A DNA stretch of 32,000 bases. It comes from Erysipelothrix larvae (GTDB taxonomy: Bacteria; Bacillota_I; Bacilli_A; Erysipelotrichales; Erysipelotrichaceae). Location: positions 1,950,001 to 1,982,000 of the forward strand of contig NZ_CP013213.1 in the NCBI RefSeq assembly GCF_001545095.1. Direction: 5' to 3'. This document shows positions 17,868 to 27,026 of this stretch, one piece after another. Under the pieces are notes generated by a model, which made no database searches, had not been told where the DNA came from, and worked only from the letters and a program-made list of their open reading frames with translations. The position numbers and the translations under genes were made by a program. Each line of letters opens with the position of its first letter. Within the stretch, counting starts at the first letter, position 1.

Positions 17868-18806
17868 TTATTTAAATAAATTCTTTTGATATAAGATAAC
17901 TGCACATACAATACAGAGCAGTGAAGTTACAATCAGTGGCATCCACCAAAGGGATGCATAGGGCAAGTTCATGACGTTCATACCATAGAATCCAAAGACG
18001 ATGTTTGGAATTGCCATAACGATGGTGAGTGATGTTAAGACTTTCATCACGATGTTCAGGTTATTGGAGATGATTGATGCGAAAGCATCCATGGTCCCTG
18101 ATAAGATGTTTGCATAGATGTTTGACATCTCAATGGCTTGTTGGATCTCGATTAATACATCTTCCAGTAAATCTTCATCTTCTTCATATAATTTAAGGTA
18201 ACGACCGCGCATTAATTTCGTGATGGTTCCTTCATTTGACTTTAGGGATGTTGAGAAATACACCAATGATTTCTCAAGTCCTAATAATTGAATCAATTCT
18301 TTATTACGCATTGATTGATGCAACTGTCTTTCCGTTTTCAGTGATAAACGGTCAATTTGACGTAGGTAAATTAAGTAACGCTTCGCAATCGATAAAAGTA
18401 CTTTGAATATGAACTGTGTTTTAAGACTGGTTTGTATTCCTTTTAAGCGATTGTTTTTAATGTCATCAATGACATTGTTGTCTTCCAAACACACTGTAAG
18501 AACATACCCTTTTTGTGTGATAAATGCCATTGGCATTGTGGAATACTGTACTGTATGCTCTTGTGTATCATCTTCAGTCATCGTTGGATAATCCACAACA
18601 ACCAGTACTTGATCATTCTCTTTTTCAATCCGTGATGTTTCTTCACTATCCAGTGCTGCACGGATAAAATCTGCTTCAAATTTCATGGTATCAACCAAAA
18701 ACGCAAACTCAGATTCAGTTGGGTTTACACAGTTTACCCAGCTTCCTGCAACGGGTAATTCTGTCTTTTCAAGTCTCCCCTGGTTATTGCTATAAAACTC
18801 AATCAT
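17868..18806 (-). CDS. corA: CorA family Mg2+/Co2+ transporter (312 aa)
   Basis: C-terminal two-TM module with the signature YGMN (FGFYGMNVMNLP). Typical size and acidic cytoplasmic domain. Confidence 0.9.
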   Translation of the reverse strand: MIEFYSNNQGRLEKTELPVAGSWVNCVNPTESEFAFLVDTMKFEADFIRAALDSEETSRIEKENDQVLVVVDYPTMTEDDTQEHTVQYSTMPMAFITQKGYVLTVCLEDNNVIDDIKNNRLKGIQTSLKTQFIFKVLLSIAKRYLIYLRQIDRLSLKTERQLHQSMRNKELIQLLGLEKSLVYFSTSLKSNEGTITKLMRGRYLKLYEEDEDLLEDVLIEIQQAIEMSNIYANILSGTMDAFASIISNNLNIVMKVLTSLTIVMAIPNIVFGFYGMNVMNLPYASLWWMPLIVTSLLCIVCAVILYQKNLFK

Positions 18807-18829
18807 TCTGCCACCTTCTTCTACCTAGA

Positions 18830-18838
18830 ATTATAGCA
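18830..18838 (-). promoter_or_regulatory. Extended -10 element (TGcTATAAT) upstream of corA
   Basis: Read on the - strand, 24 nt upstream of the corA ATG. No good -35 element. Confidence 0.4.
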
Positions 18839-19025
18839 TCTTTCTATATCAAGTGTTTAAAATTTCATATAGAACCTATTAAAAACCATATTTTTTAACC
18901 GAATTGTTTTTCTTTATGAATCAAGGTGTATATCGATAGATTGTGTTGGTGGTGGTGTTGTTTTTTCACTGTAGGCACTTCTATTCAGCCTGTTTTTGTG
19001 GATGGACTTGTATTTGGGCCTGATT

Positions 19026-19054
19026 ACAAAAAGAAACAGATCATGATCTGCTTC
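19026..19054 (-). terminator. Terminator of the SDR/alarmone-synthetase operon (bidirectional shape)
   Basis: GAAACAGAT (19033-19041) pairs with ATCTGCTTC (19046-19054) with one wobble. T-runs are present on both strands. It starts right after the stop codon. Confidence 0.6.
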
Positions 19055-19060
19055 TTTTTC

Positions 19061-19759
19061 CTATTTGGATTCAAGATTATGAATGCGATTAAAGATGGAT
19101 TGCATGCGTTGATCAACATCGGTAATAATTTCCGCGCATTCAATGAGTTCTTGTGCAATATCATCATGACATTCAACGTGTGTTTTGTAGCGCAATTGAT
19201 GTTCTAGGCTGGCCCAAAAGTCCATGGCGATGGATCTGAATTGAATTTCTACAGGGACTTTACGGGTTTCTTCTGCTAAAAACACGGGGACATTTACAAT
19301 TGCATGATAACTGCGATATCCCGATTCTTTAGGATTTTTTATATAATCTTTTGCTTCTACCAGTTCAATATCATCTTGCTTGAGTAAAAGGGCAGCAATG
19401 GTATATACATCCTCCACATAATTACAAATGACGCGAACCCCTGCAATATCTGTAAGGTGTTGTGTTGCTTGCTCGACACTCACCTCAATGCCTTCTTTTC
19501 TGAGTTTATTTAAAATACTGTTGGGTCGTTTGATACGTGACTCAATGCTATGTATTGGATTATGATCATATTTGACACTGAACTCTTCATCCAATATTTC
19601 TAACTTCGTATTAATCTCTTTGAGTGCAGCATCATAAAGATGTGATAGAGAGATTAGGTTTTGAAACAGATTGCTGATGTGGCCATTCTCTGAATTCATT
19701 TCATTCAACAATACTAAATCATCTTCCAATGATATTTCATATTTTTTCTTAGATAACAC
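19061..19759 (-). CDS. Small alarmone synthetase, RelP/RelQ (YwaC/YjbM) type GTP pyrophosphokinase
   Basis: HNPIHSIESRIKRPNSILNKL, DIAGVRVI, GYRSYH and VEIQFRSIAMDFWASLEH are RelA/SpoT synthetase-domain motifs in a single-domain protein. Start set at GTG 19759, which has GGAGGG 7 nt upstream. The tracked ORF starts 5 codons earlier at GTG 19774. Confidence 0.85.
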   Translation of the reverse strand: MLSKKKYEISLEDDLVLLNEMNSENGHISNLFQNLISLSHLYDAALKEINTKLEILDEEFSVKYDHNPIHSIESRIKRPNSILNKLRKEGIEVSVEQATQHLTDIAGVRVICNYVEDVYTIAALLLKQDDIELVEAKDYIKNPKESGYRSYHAIVNVPVFLAEETRKVPVEIQFRSIAMDFWASLEHQLRYKTHVECHDDIAQELIECAEIITDVDQRMQSIFNRIHNLESK

Positions 19760-19779
19760 GTTTATTCCCTCCACATGGA

Positions 19780-20487
19780 TTACTCACCATTATAAGTCCA
19801 GCCATAATCGTTATGGTAGATCATTTGTTTACTCATGCCACCATCCACATGAATGACTTCCCCAGTTACAAAACTACTCATATCACTGCCTAAGAATAAG
19901 ACGGTATTGAGGATGTCTTCAGGAGAGCCAATGCGTTTAACGGGGTGTTGATGATGGTCTTGTGGATCCCACAGTGTTTCACTGCAATCAATCCATCCTG
20001 GTGCGATTGCATTCACCCGAACCTTACCTGCTAACGAAACTGCAAGGGCATGGGTGAGTGATGTAATGGCACCTTTTACTGCTGTATAGCTTTCAGTATC
20101 TGGTTGACTCAACCGATAGCGTGTCGATGACATGTTAATGATTGACCCACCCTCACTGAAATGATCTTTAAAGAGTTGTGAGAGTCGAAAAGGAGCAATG
20201 ACACCCACATTCAAGGCATCTTCAAATCCTTGACGGTCGCATGAATCAATGCCTCCCGATGACAAGACGGCATTGTTAATGAGAATATCAATCGTTTTGT
20301 GTTTTGATAATACGTGTTCTTTAAGTGCGATGAGCACTGCATCATCTTTTAAGTCTCCCATCATATAGGGATTCTCAAGGATATCAATACCATAAACATG
20401 AGCCCCTAAGTTTTCAAAGCCTTCCGCAAGTCTTTGTCCGATTCCACGGGCTACTCCCGTAATTACAACTACTTTATCCTTCATCAT
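19780..20487 (-). CDS. Short-chain dehydrogenase/reductase (SDR), 235 aa
   Basis: Cofactor motif VVVITGVARGIGQ, NNAV, and catalytic S...YTAVKGA (YxxxK). AGGAGG ribosome-binding site. Confidence 0.88.
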   Translation of the reverse strand: MMKDKVVVITGVARGIGQRLAEGFENLGAHVYGIDILENPYMMGDLKDDAVLIALKEHVLSKHKTIDILINNAVLSSGGIDSCDRQGFEDALNVGVIAPFRLSQLFKDHFSEGGSIINMSSTRYRLSQPDTESYTAVKGAITSLTHALAVSLAGKVRVNAIAPGWIDCSETLWDPQDHHQHPVKRIGSPEDILNTVLFLGSDMSSFVTGEVIHVDGGMSKQMIYHNDYGWTYNGE

Positions 20488-20504
20488 ATCATCCTCCTAA
20501 TTGC

Positions 20505-20534
20505 ATTGTAGCTTATATTGATAAACAGATTCAA
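20505..20534 (-). promoter_or_regulatory. Putative promoter of the SDR/SAS operon
   Basis: On the - strand: TTGAAT (20529-20534), 18-nt spacer, TACAAT (20505-20510). Confidence 0.4.
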
Positions 20535-20691
20535 TACTATCACAACAAATCACAAAACTGTTCAACATCGTTTCAAATAACAGGGGGTGACCTTCTTATT
20601 TTACCCTCTTATCATTAACTAAACATAAAGCTTTTTTTATCATGGGTCTTGATCTTAGGGTCACTTTGAGATATTCTTGTGAACCCAACCT

Positions 20692-20731
20692 CTAGGGTAT
20701 TCGATACAACCAATACCCTAGACCTTTTTTT
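20692..20731 (+). terminator. Orphan plus-strand terminator-like hairpin
   Basis: CTAGGGTATT (20692-20701) pairs with AATACCCTAG (20712-20721), followed by ACC and T7 on the + strand. No + strand gene lies upstream. Confidence 0.45.
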
Positions 20732-20756
20732 ATAAACGAATCCTTTGCACTTGTAA

Positions 20757-20801
20757 GTAAAAAAGGGAATGAGCGAAGCGATTGCTTGGATCATTCCCTT
20801 T
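20757..20801 (-). terminator. Terminator of the marR/ABC exporter operon
   Basis: AAAGGGAATGA pairs with TCATTCCCTTT, with an inner AAGC/GCTT stem. On the - strand it is followed by TTTTTT. Confidence 0.7.
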
Positions 20802-20859
20802 AAAGTGATACAGTGTTTTTTTGACACACTTTTAGTGTGTGGTATGAATTGATACTGAC

Positions 20860-22755
20860 TTAATCGTTTTCAATAAGTCCCGTATAGAGTTGATAGTAGG
20901 TTCCACGTTTACCCATCAAGGATGTATGGTCACCACGTTCAATAATGCGACCATGGTCCATAACCATAATGGCATGAGAGTTTTTAATGGTACTGAGTCG
21001 GTGTGCAATTACAAAGGTTGTACGACCACTCATTAACTTATCCATGCCCTCTTGTACCAGTTTCTCAGTGCGTGAGTCGATGGATGAGGTTGCTTCATCA
21101 AGAATGAGTACGGGTGGGTTTGCTAATGCGGCCCGTGCAATTGAGAGCAATTGACGTTGCCCTTGGGAAAGGGATGATCCATCCCCACTGAGTAAGGTAT
21201 CGTACCCAAACTCAAGATGTTTAATAAAGGTATGGGCATTCGCAAGTTTCGCAGCTGCCACCACTTCTTCATGGGTTGCTTCAGGACGCGCATACTTAAT
21301 GTTCTCTTCAATGGTTCCTGTAAACAAGTGTGTATCTTGAAGGACAATCCCCAGTGAGGTTCTTAAGTCATCTTTTTTAATGAGCTTAATGTCAATGCCA
21401 TCATAGGTAATGGATCCTTCTTCAATGTCATAGAAGCGGTTGATGAGGTTGGTGATGGTTGTTTTACCAGCCCCTGTTGCCCCAACAAAGGCAATTTTTT
21501 GACCCGGCTGTGCATAGAGATTTACGTCATGAAGGACTGGTTTTTCTTTGACATAGGAGAAGTTCACATCATGGAAGCGCACATCTCCTGTGAGTTTAAC
21601 ATAATCAATACTGCCATCAGGATGCACATGTTTCCATGCCCATATTCCCGTTTCTTCCACAACTTCTTGAAGTTCACCTTGTGTATCCAGGGATGCATTG
21701 ACTAAAGTCACAATCCCATCATCGACTTCAGGCACTTGATCTAGAAGGTCAAAGATTCGTTTTGCACCAGCCATGGCCATAATCACAGCGTTGAGCTGTT
21801 GGGATATTTGGCTCAGTGGCATGTTGAAGGAGCGGTTTAAAGCGAGAAATGATGCCAATCCACCAATTGATAGGCTGGATCCACCACTTATCGCAAGTGC
21901 CCCTCCGACAAAGGAACTGATAACATAGGAGATGTTTCCTAGGTTTCCCACAATCGGCATTAAAATATTCGCAAAGTTGTTGGCTTTGTACGACGCATTT
22001 GCAAGTTCATCATTAATTTCTTTAAAGGCTTCAATTGCTTTTTCTTCATGATTGAAGACTTTCACAACCTTAGCCCCTTCCATCATTTCCTCAATATAGC
22101 CATTTTCTTTACCCAACTGACGTTGTTGGATTGAGAAGAAACGCCCCGATTGTGACATAATAAAGCGCATTACAAGTTGCATTACCAACACCATAAAGGC
22201 CGTAACCAGGGTTAATGGCACACTGATAAATAACATCGATGCACCAACGGATACAATGGTAATACTTGAAGAAATAAATTGTGGAATACTTTGCGAAATC
22301 ACTTGACGCAAGGTATCGGTATCGTTTGTATAGATACTCATGATATCCCCATGTGAATGGGTGTCAAAGTATCGAATAGGCAAGGTTTCCATATGGGTAA
22401 ACAGGTCGGTTCTTACCTTTTCCATCGTCCCTTGTGAAACGATGACCAATAATTTTTGGTAGGTAAAGTTTGAAATGATTCCAACACCATAAATCATTGC
22501 CATGGTAACCAGTGCACTGGCAAGAGGTCCATAGTTTGGATTTGAAACACCCATTAATGGATTAATATAAGAATCAATGAGGGTCTTCATAAAGAGTGAA
22601 GACATGACCGATGCAAGGGATGTAATCACGATGCAGATCAATATCACGATATAGTGTTTTTTATAAGACGATAAGACATATGACATTAAGCGTTTTAAGA
22701 TATTCATATCAAGCTTTTCGCCATCACGTCCTACGTTACGTGGTCGTTGACTCAT
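20860..22755 (-). CDS. Heterodimeric ABC exporter subunit 2 (TMD-NBD, 631 aa), consensus NBD
   Basis: Walker A GATGAGKTT, Walker B VLILDEATSSID with the catalytic Glu, and an atypical signature LSQGQ. The ATG overlaps the upstream stop (ATGA at 22752-22755). Confidence 0.92.
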   Translation of the reverse strand: MSQRPRNVGRDGEKLDMNILKRLMSYVLSSYKKHYIVILICIVITSLASVMSSLFMKTLIDSYINPLMGVSNPNYGPLASALVTMAMIYGVGIISNFTYQKLLVIVSQGTMEKVRTDLFTHMETLPIRYFDTHSHGDIMSIYTNDTDTLRQVISQSIPQFISSSITIVSVGASMLFISVPLTLVTAFMVLVMQLVMRFIMSQSGRFFSIQQRQLGKENGYIEEMMEGAKVVKVFNHEEKAIEAFKEINDELANASYKANNFANILMPIVGNLGNISYVISSFVGGALAISGGSSLSIGGLASFLALNRSFNMPLSQISQQLNAVIMAMAGAKRIFDLLDQVPEVDDGIVTLVNASLDTQGELQEVVEETGIWAWKHVHPDGSIDYVKLTGDVRFHDVNFSYVKEKPVLHDVNLYAQPGQKIAFVGATGAGKTTITNLINRFYDIEEGSITYDGIDIKLIKKDDLRTSLGIVLQDTHLFTGTIEENIKYARPEATHEEVVAAAKLANAHTFIKHLEFGYDTLLSGDGSSLSQGQRQLLSIARAALANPPVLILDEATSSIDSRTEKLVQEGMDKLMSGRTTFVIAHRLSTIKNSHAIMVMDHGRIIERGDHTSLMGKRGTYYQLYTGLIEND

Positions 22756-24479
22756 TCGTCTTCACCTCGTTTCTGTGTTTCATATACTTTTTGATACAAT
22801 TCATTGGTTTGAAGTAAGGTATCATGATCACCAATACCGGTAATCATCCCTTCATCCAACACGATAATTCGATCCGCATCTTCAATCGATGAAATCCGTT
22901 GTGAGATGATAATCTTTGTGGTATGGGGAAGGCTTTCTCTAAAGGCAGCACGAATCATACTGTCTGTTTTTGTATCGACCGCACTGGTGCTGTCATCAAG
23001 AATTAATACTTTTGGATCTTTTAATAACGCACGTGCAATACACAACCGTTGTTTTTGTCCCCCTGAGAAGTTTGAACCCCCTTGTTCAACCCACGCATCG
23101 TATTGTTGTGGCTGTTGAATGATGAATTCATGCGCACAGGCAATGCGACACGCTTGTTCTACTTGTTCACGTGTTGCTTTTTCATTACCCCATCGCATAT
23201 TCTCTAAGATGCTTCCAGAGAATAAGACATTTTTTTGAAGTACAACTGAAACGGCATCACGAAGTGCTTTCACATCATACGACCGTACATCAACACCGCC
23301 CACTTCAACACGCCCCTCACTCACATCATAAAGACGGGGAATCATATTGGTGAGCGTTGTTTTACTGGAACCCGTTGGCCCTAAAATCCCAATGGTTTCG
23401 CCAGCTTGAATTTCTACATTCACGTTTTTTAACACATACTTATCCTCACCCTTATAATATCCAAAGGATACATTCTTAAAGGATATGGAACCATCTTTGA
23501 TGTCATACCGTGGATTTTCTGGATTTTTAATTGTTGGTTCTTCTTCTAAGATTTCCACAATCCGTTGTGCGGATGCAAAGGACATGCTTAACATCACAAA
23601 GATCATTGACAGCATCATTAAACTCATTAAGATGTTCATGGTATAAGTAAACATACTCATCAATTCACCGGTAGTTAGCGATCCCGCTACTACAAAATGT
23701 GCACCAAACCAACTTAAAGCAATCACACATGCATACATGGTGAGTTGCATTACTGGGTTATTGATCACAAGAATATTCTCAGCACGCATAAACATGCGTT
23801 TGAGGTTGGATGCAGCTTTCACAAATTTCTGTGACTCTGCTTCTTCTTTTACATAGGCTTTCACAACACGAATGTTTGTGATGTTTTCTTGAACACTTTC
23901 GTTTAAATCATCATACTTTTCAAAGGTTGCTTTAAACATTGGATACGATTTTAGTGTAATCACTGCTAGGATAGCACCTAAGAAGATCATCGCTACTAAA
24001 AAGATAAGTGCAAGTTCTGAGTTGATGTAAAAGGTCATAAACATTGCGACAATTAGAATCAGTGGTGCCCGCACACACATTCTCAAAATCATTTGATACG
24101 CATTTTGAACATTGGTTGCATCGGTCATCATTCGCGTAACAAGCCCTGATGTTGAATAGCGATCAATATTTGAAAATGAGAAATCTTGAATCTTCACAAA
24201 CATTGCTTCTCTTAAATTCTTAACAAATCCAGCAGACGCATAGGCTGCTTTATTTCCACTTAATGCTCCAAATAGCAAAGACATAAACGCACACACTAGC
24301 ATAATGGAACCATAACGAATCACAGCTCCCATGTCTTGTTTATTCACCCCTTGGTCAATAATGAAAGACATTAAGAACGGCAACATGAGCTCCATCAATA
24401 CTTCTCCCACCATAAACAAAGGTGCTTGTATTGATGCTGCTTTGTATTCTTTTACTTCTTGTAAGAGTCTTTTTACCAT
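22752..24479 (-). CDS. Heterodimeric ABC exporter subunit 1 (TMD-NBD, 575 aa), degenerate NBD
   Basis: Walker A GPTGSSKTT, signature FSGGQKQ, Walker B VLILDDSTSAVD (Asp replaces the catalytic Glu). This asymmetry is typical of LmrCD/EfrCD/TM287-288-type pairs. Confidence 0.92.
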   Translation of the reverse strand: MVKRLLQEVKEYKAASIQAPLFMVGEVLMELMLPFLMSFIIDQGVNKQDMGAVIRYGSIMLVCAFMSLLFGALSGNKAAYASAGFVKNLREAMFVKIQDFSFSNIDRYSTSGLVTRMMTDATNVQNAYQMILRMCVRAPLILIVAMFMTFYINSELALIFLVAMIFLGAILAVITLKSYPMFKATFEKYDDLNESVQENITNIRVVKAYVKEEAESQKFVKAASNLKRMFMRAENILVINNPVMQLTMYACVIALSWFGAHFVVAGSLTTGELMSMFTYTMNILMSLMMLSMIFVMLSMSFASAQRIVEILEEEPTIKNPENPRYDIKDGSISFKNVSFGYYKGEDKYVLKNVNVEIQAGETIGILGPTGSSKTTLTNMIPRLYDVSEGRVEVGGVDVRSYDVKALRDAVSVVLQKNVLFSGSILENMRWGNEKATREQVEQACRIACAHEFIIQQPQQYDAWVEQGGSNFSGGQKQRLCIARALLKDPKVLILDDSTSAVDTKTDSMIRAAFRESLPHTTKIIISQRISSIEDADRIIVLDEGMITGIGDHDTLLQTNELYQKVYETQKRGEDE

Positions 24480-24486
24480 CTTACCT

Positions 24487-24909
24487 TCACCTCAAATTCT
24501 CTCTAATTTGATCCAATACGTTAAAGAACACGTCTAAATCGTTGGGATCAACGTTTTTCCGTAACAACGCTTCAGTGCCTTGGATGTCTTTTTTCATCGC
24601 CGTTATAAACGACTTGGCTTTTTCTGTAAGCACGACTTCTTTTAACCGCGCATCAAAATCAACGCGTTTTCGCTCAATAATGCTATCTCTTTCCAAAACA
24701 TTCAACATCTCTGTAGCGGTAGAACGCCTGACACTGAGTTCTTTTTCAATATCACGTTGAAATACAGGTCCTTTTTGTTTGGAAATAAAAAGCACAATCC
24801 GTGTTTGGGTGTGCGTGAGTGAAACTTCTGATGCTTCGCGTTGTGCTTCGATTCTTCGATTTAGTAATTGTTGAAACTCTCGGATTTCATAGCCAATTTT
24901 TCGATCCAT
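24487..24909 (-). CDS. MarR family transcriptional regulator (140 aa)
   Basis: Winged-helix core LTHTQTRIVLFI...VFQRDIEKELSVRRSTATEMLNVLERDSIIER. First gene of the exporter operon. GAGGTGAG ribosome-binding site. Confidence 0.88.
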   Translation of the reverse strand: MDRKIGYEIREFQQLLNRRIEAQREASEVSLTHTQTRIVLFISKQKGPVFQRDIEKELSVRRSTATEMLNVLERDSIIERKRVDFDARLKEVVLTEKAKSFITAMKKDIQGTEALLRKNVDPNDLDVFFNVLDQIRENLR

Positions 24910-24923
24910 AATCTCACCTCGAT

Positions 24924-24939
24924 TGTTAGGGTACTAACA
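24924..24939. promoter_or_regulatory. Candidate MarR operator (TGTTAG-N4-CTAACA)
   Basis: Perfect 6-4-6 inverted repeat 15 nt upstream of the marR ATG. Confidence 0.45.
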
Positions 24940-25009
24940 GATATTACACCACATTTCTTTAAAAGTCAACCTTTATTATGACTCTGATTAGCCATAAAGA
25001 ACACCAATG

Positions 25010-25039
25010 GTAAAGAAAGGGTCAGCATTCACTGACCCT
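25010..25039 (-). terminator. Terminator of the cupin/methyltransferase pair
   Basis: AGGGTCAG (25018-25025) pairs with CTGACCCT (25032-25039). On the - strand it is followed by TTCTTTA. Confidence 0.6.
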
Positions 25040-25047
25040 CATTGATA

Positions 25048-25827
25048 TTAATCTTTTTTCACACCCGCTACCACGATAAATCCCAAGTCATTTTGGTATT
25101 CTTTAAACATCTTAAACATGGATTTAAATCGTGCACGGTTCTTTAGTTTTAATGCGTTTGAAATGATTTTAAGTGTGCCACCAAATCCTTCATCTTTAAT
25201 CATACCTTTGGGATCCATTAAAGACATCGGACCCGTTTTACTTTGCACAATAAACCCACATGAGGTAAATAAACTTTCCCACTCTACACCTGTCAAAGGC
25301 TTCACATTCGCTAAGATATTTCGTGTCATATCTTTACGAATCTTTACTTGGTATGCTTTGTCATCGGTTCTAAAGAGGACATCATGGGTAAGAACTTTGC
25401 CACCAGGCTTAAGGACCCGATGATATTCTTTAAGCGCTTTAAGCTTATCCACATCACTGAGCATCGTGAGCATTGCTTCATTGATCACAATATCAAAACT
25501 GTTGTCTTCAAATGGCAGCGATCTGGCATCGGCAATTCTAAATTCAATGTGATCTTTTTTCGGATGATTTTTTGCGCGTTTTCTTGCACGGTTCAGTGCA
25601 TCTTCACTTAAGTCACAAGCAACAATATCAATGGGATACTTATCAACCAGTTCAAAGGTCGTTGTCCCTTGATTACAGGCAACTTCGAGCACTTTAAGGG
25701 GCTTGTTTTGGTCCAGATGATCCAACAACCACTCTGTCCCTTCTTTACCACCAGGTCTTAAGCGACGTTTTCCAAGACTTGCCAAAAAGTTATGGCCCAC
25801 CTCGGGTCGGGTCAACGACTTACTCAT
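25048..25827 (-). CDS. Class I SAM-dependent methyltransferase (259 aa)
   Basis: Motif I VLEVACNQGTTT, acidic loop VACDLS, and motif post-II/III IVINEAML...LKPGGKV. Confidence 0.85.
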   Translation of the reverse strand: MSKSLTRPEVGHNFLASLGKRRLRPGGKEGTEWLLDHLDQNKPLKVLEVACNQGTTTFELVDKYPIDIVACDLSEDALNRARKRAKNHPKKDHIEFRIADARSLPFEDNSFDIVINEAMLTMLSDVDKLKALKEYHRVLKPGGKVLTHDVLFRTDDKAYQVKIRKDMTRNILANVKPLTGVEWESLFTSCGFIVQSKTGPMSLMDPKGMIKDEGFGGTLKIISNALKLKNRARFKSMFKMFKEYQNDLGFIVVAGVKKD

Positions 25828-26153
25828 TGCGCAAACACTACCGTCAACAACATCTTAAAGCGTGTTGTGGCATACAGTGAATGCGGCACATTTGCAGGCA
25901 TACAAATCGTTTCGCCTTTGTGCAGTGTGTAGGGTGTGTCATCAATCACAATCTCAACCATACCATCCAACACTTGTACCAAGGCATCCCCTGTTGATGT
26001 ATGGGTTGATAGCCCTTCATGTTGGTCAAAGGCAAACAACGTCAAACTTACATTTTTATTTTGTGACAAGGTCTTACTGACAACTTGTCCTGTTGCATAA
26101 TCTACTTGCTCATCCAGCTTCATAATTTGAGCAGATTCTAAATTCTTAATCAT
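25824..26153 (-). CDS. Cupin domain protein (109 aa)
   Basis: Cupin motifs HEGLSTHTSTGDALVQVLDG and GETICMPANVPHSL. Start set at ATG 26153, which has GGAGGG 9 nt upstream. The longer tracked ORF would run through the predicted promoter. The stop overlaps the methyltransferase ATG (ATGA). Confidence 0.8.
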   Translation of the reverse strand: MIKNLESAQIMKLDEQVDYATGQVVSKTLSQNKNVSLTLFAFDQHEGLSTHTSTGDALVQVLDGMVEIVIDDTPYTLHKGETICMPANVPHSLYATTRFKMLLTVVFAQ

Positions 26154-26183
26154 CGGTTCATACCCTCCTATACCAATGCACCT

Positions 26184-26211
26184 ATTATACTTAAAACACA
26201 CCATAAATGAA
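26184..26211 (-). promoter_or_regulatory. Putative promoter of the cupin/methyltransferase pair
   Basis: On the - strand: TTCATT (26206-26211), 16-nt spacer, TATAAT (26184-26189). Confidence 0.5.
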
Positions 26212-27026
26212 TCATGGGTCAGTGAACTTAAGGTCATTTACTTGTGATTTAATTCGCTTTAATGCCTTAAAAAACCCTTCACTTAATCCACCTTAAACAT
26301 CCCTTTTAATCAATCACACACGATACACCTTGATTGATAATCTTGCGAAGCTTTGGTTCTGTCTTAATCATAACGCATTGTGCTTTACTTTCATGCTTAT
26401 TATATCATTGTCTTGTGTCAAACAATAATCAAGTACCTTTTAGGGATAAAAAATAAGCCCAACCTTTAAAGTCAGACTTACTTACTGGACACCCTCATAA
26501 ATGTAATGTATAGGAAGCGAATGGTTTTTGCTTACGACACCATGGTTATTAAAAGGTTTATATTCACATATATCTAATAAAGGGACCATCGTATAAACCC
26601 ACTTACCATGTTTTAAAAATCAAGTGTAATCTCTTTGATACCATCCTCTGCATCGATAATCCTATCACGTGGGGGAAAATGTGTCGCAAGGATTAGGGTG
26701 TCCAATTGCGATCGTGATAAGACTGCATTTATACATTACGACTCGAGGTTCATCGTCTTTTTAATCAAGACATGCGATCAATGACCTTATAGTGATACTA
26801 CATCAAGGAGGTGAACCGTTTGTATGTATGCAAATGACTGAGGGGATAAGTGCCTCACATCCATATGCTATCAAAATTATGGATGGAGGGATGAGCCCAA
26901 TGAACTGTGATAAAAACCCACGTTTTAAGGTTCATTGCGATTCATTTATAAAACTATTTTATATGAAGAACGCAATACTTTCCATACATATGAACAAAAG
27001 AAAAGAAGATCGACATCTTTTTTTGT

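Noticed and set aside
18926-19207. 93-aa + strand ORF (MYIDRLCWWWCCFF...)
   Set aside because: It has a GTG start and no ribosome-binding site. It crosses the SAS terminator and then runs antisense into the SAS gene, with an implausible Cys/Trp/Phe-rich composition.
19061-19759. Possibility that the small alarmone synthetase is a toxSAS toxin-antitoxin element
   Set aside because: No small adjacent antitoxin-like ORF is present. The motifs and length match housekeeping RelP/RelQ-type enzymes, and the upstream partner is an ordinary SDR.
20615-20827. 70-aa - strand ORF in the exporter/SDR intergenic gap
   Set aside because: It has a GTG start with no ribosome-binding site. It runs straight through three strong hairpins, including the exporter operon terminator. 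Non-coding is more likely.
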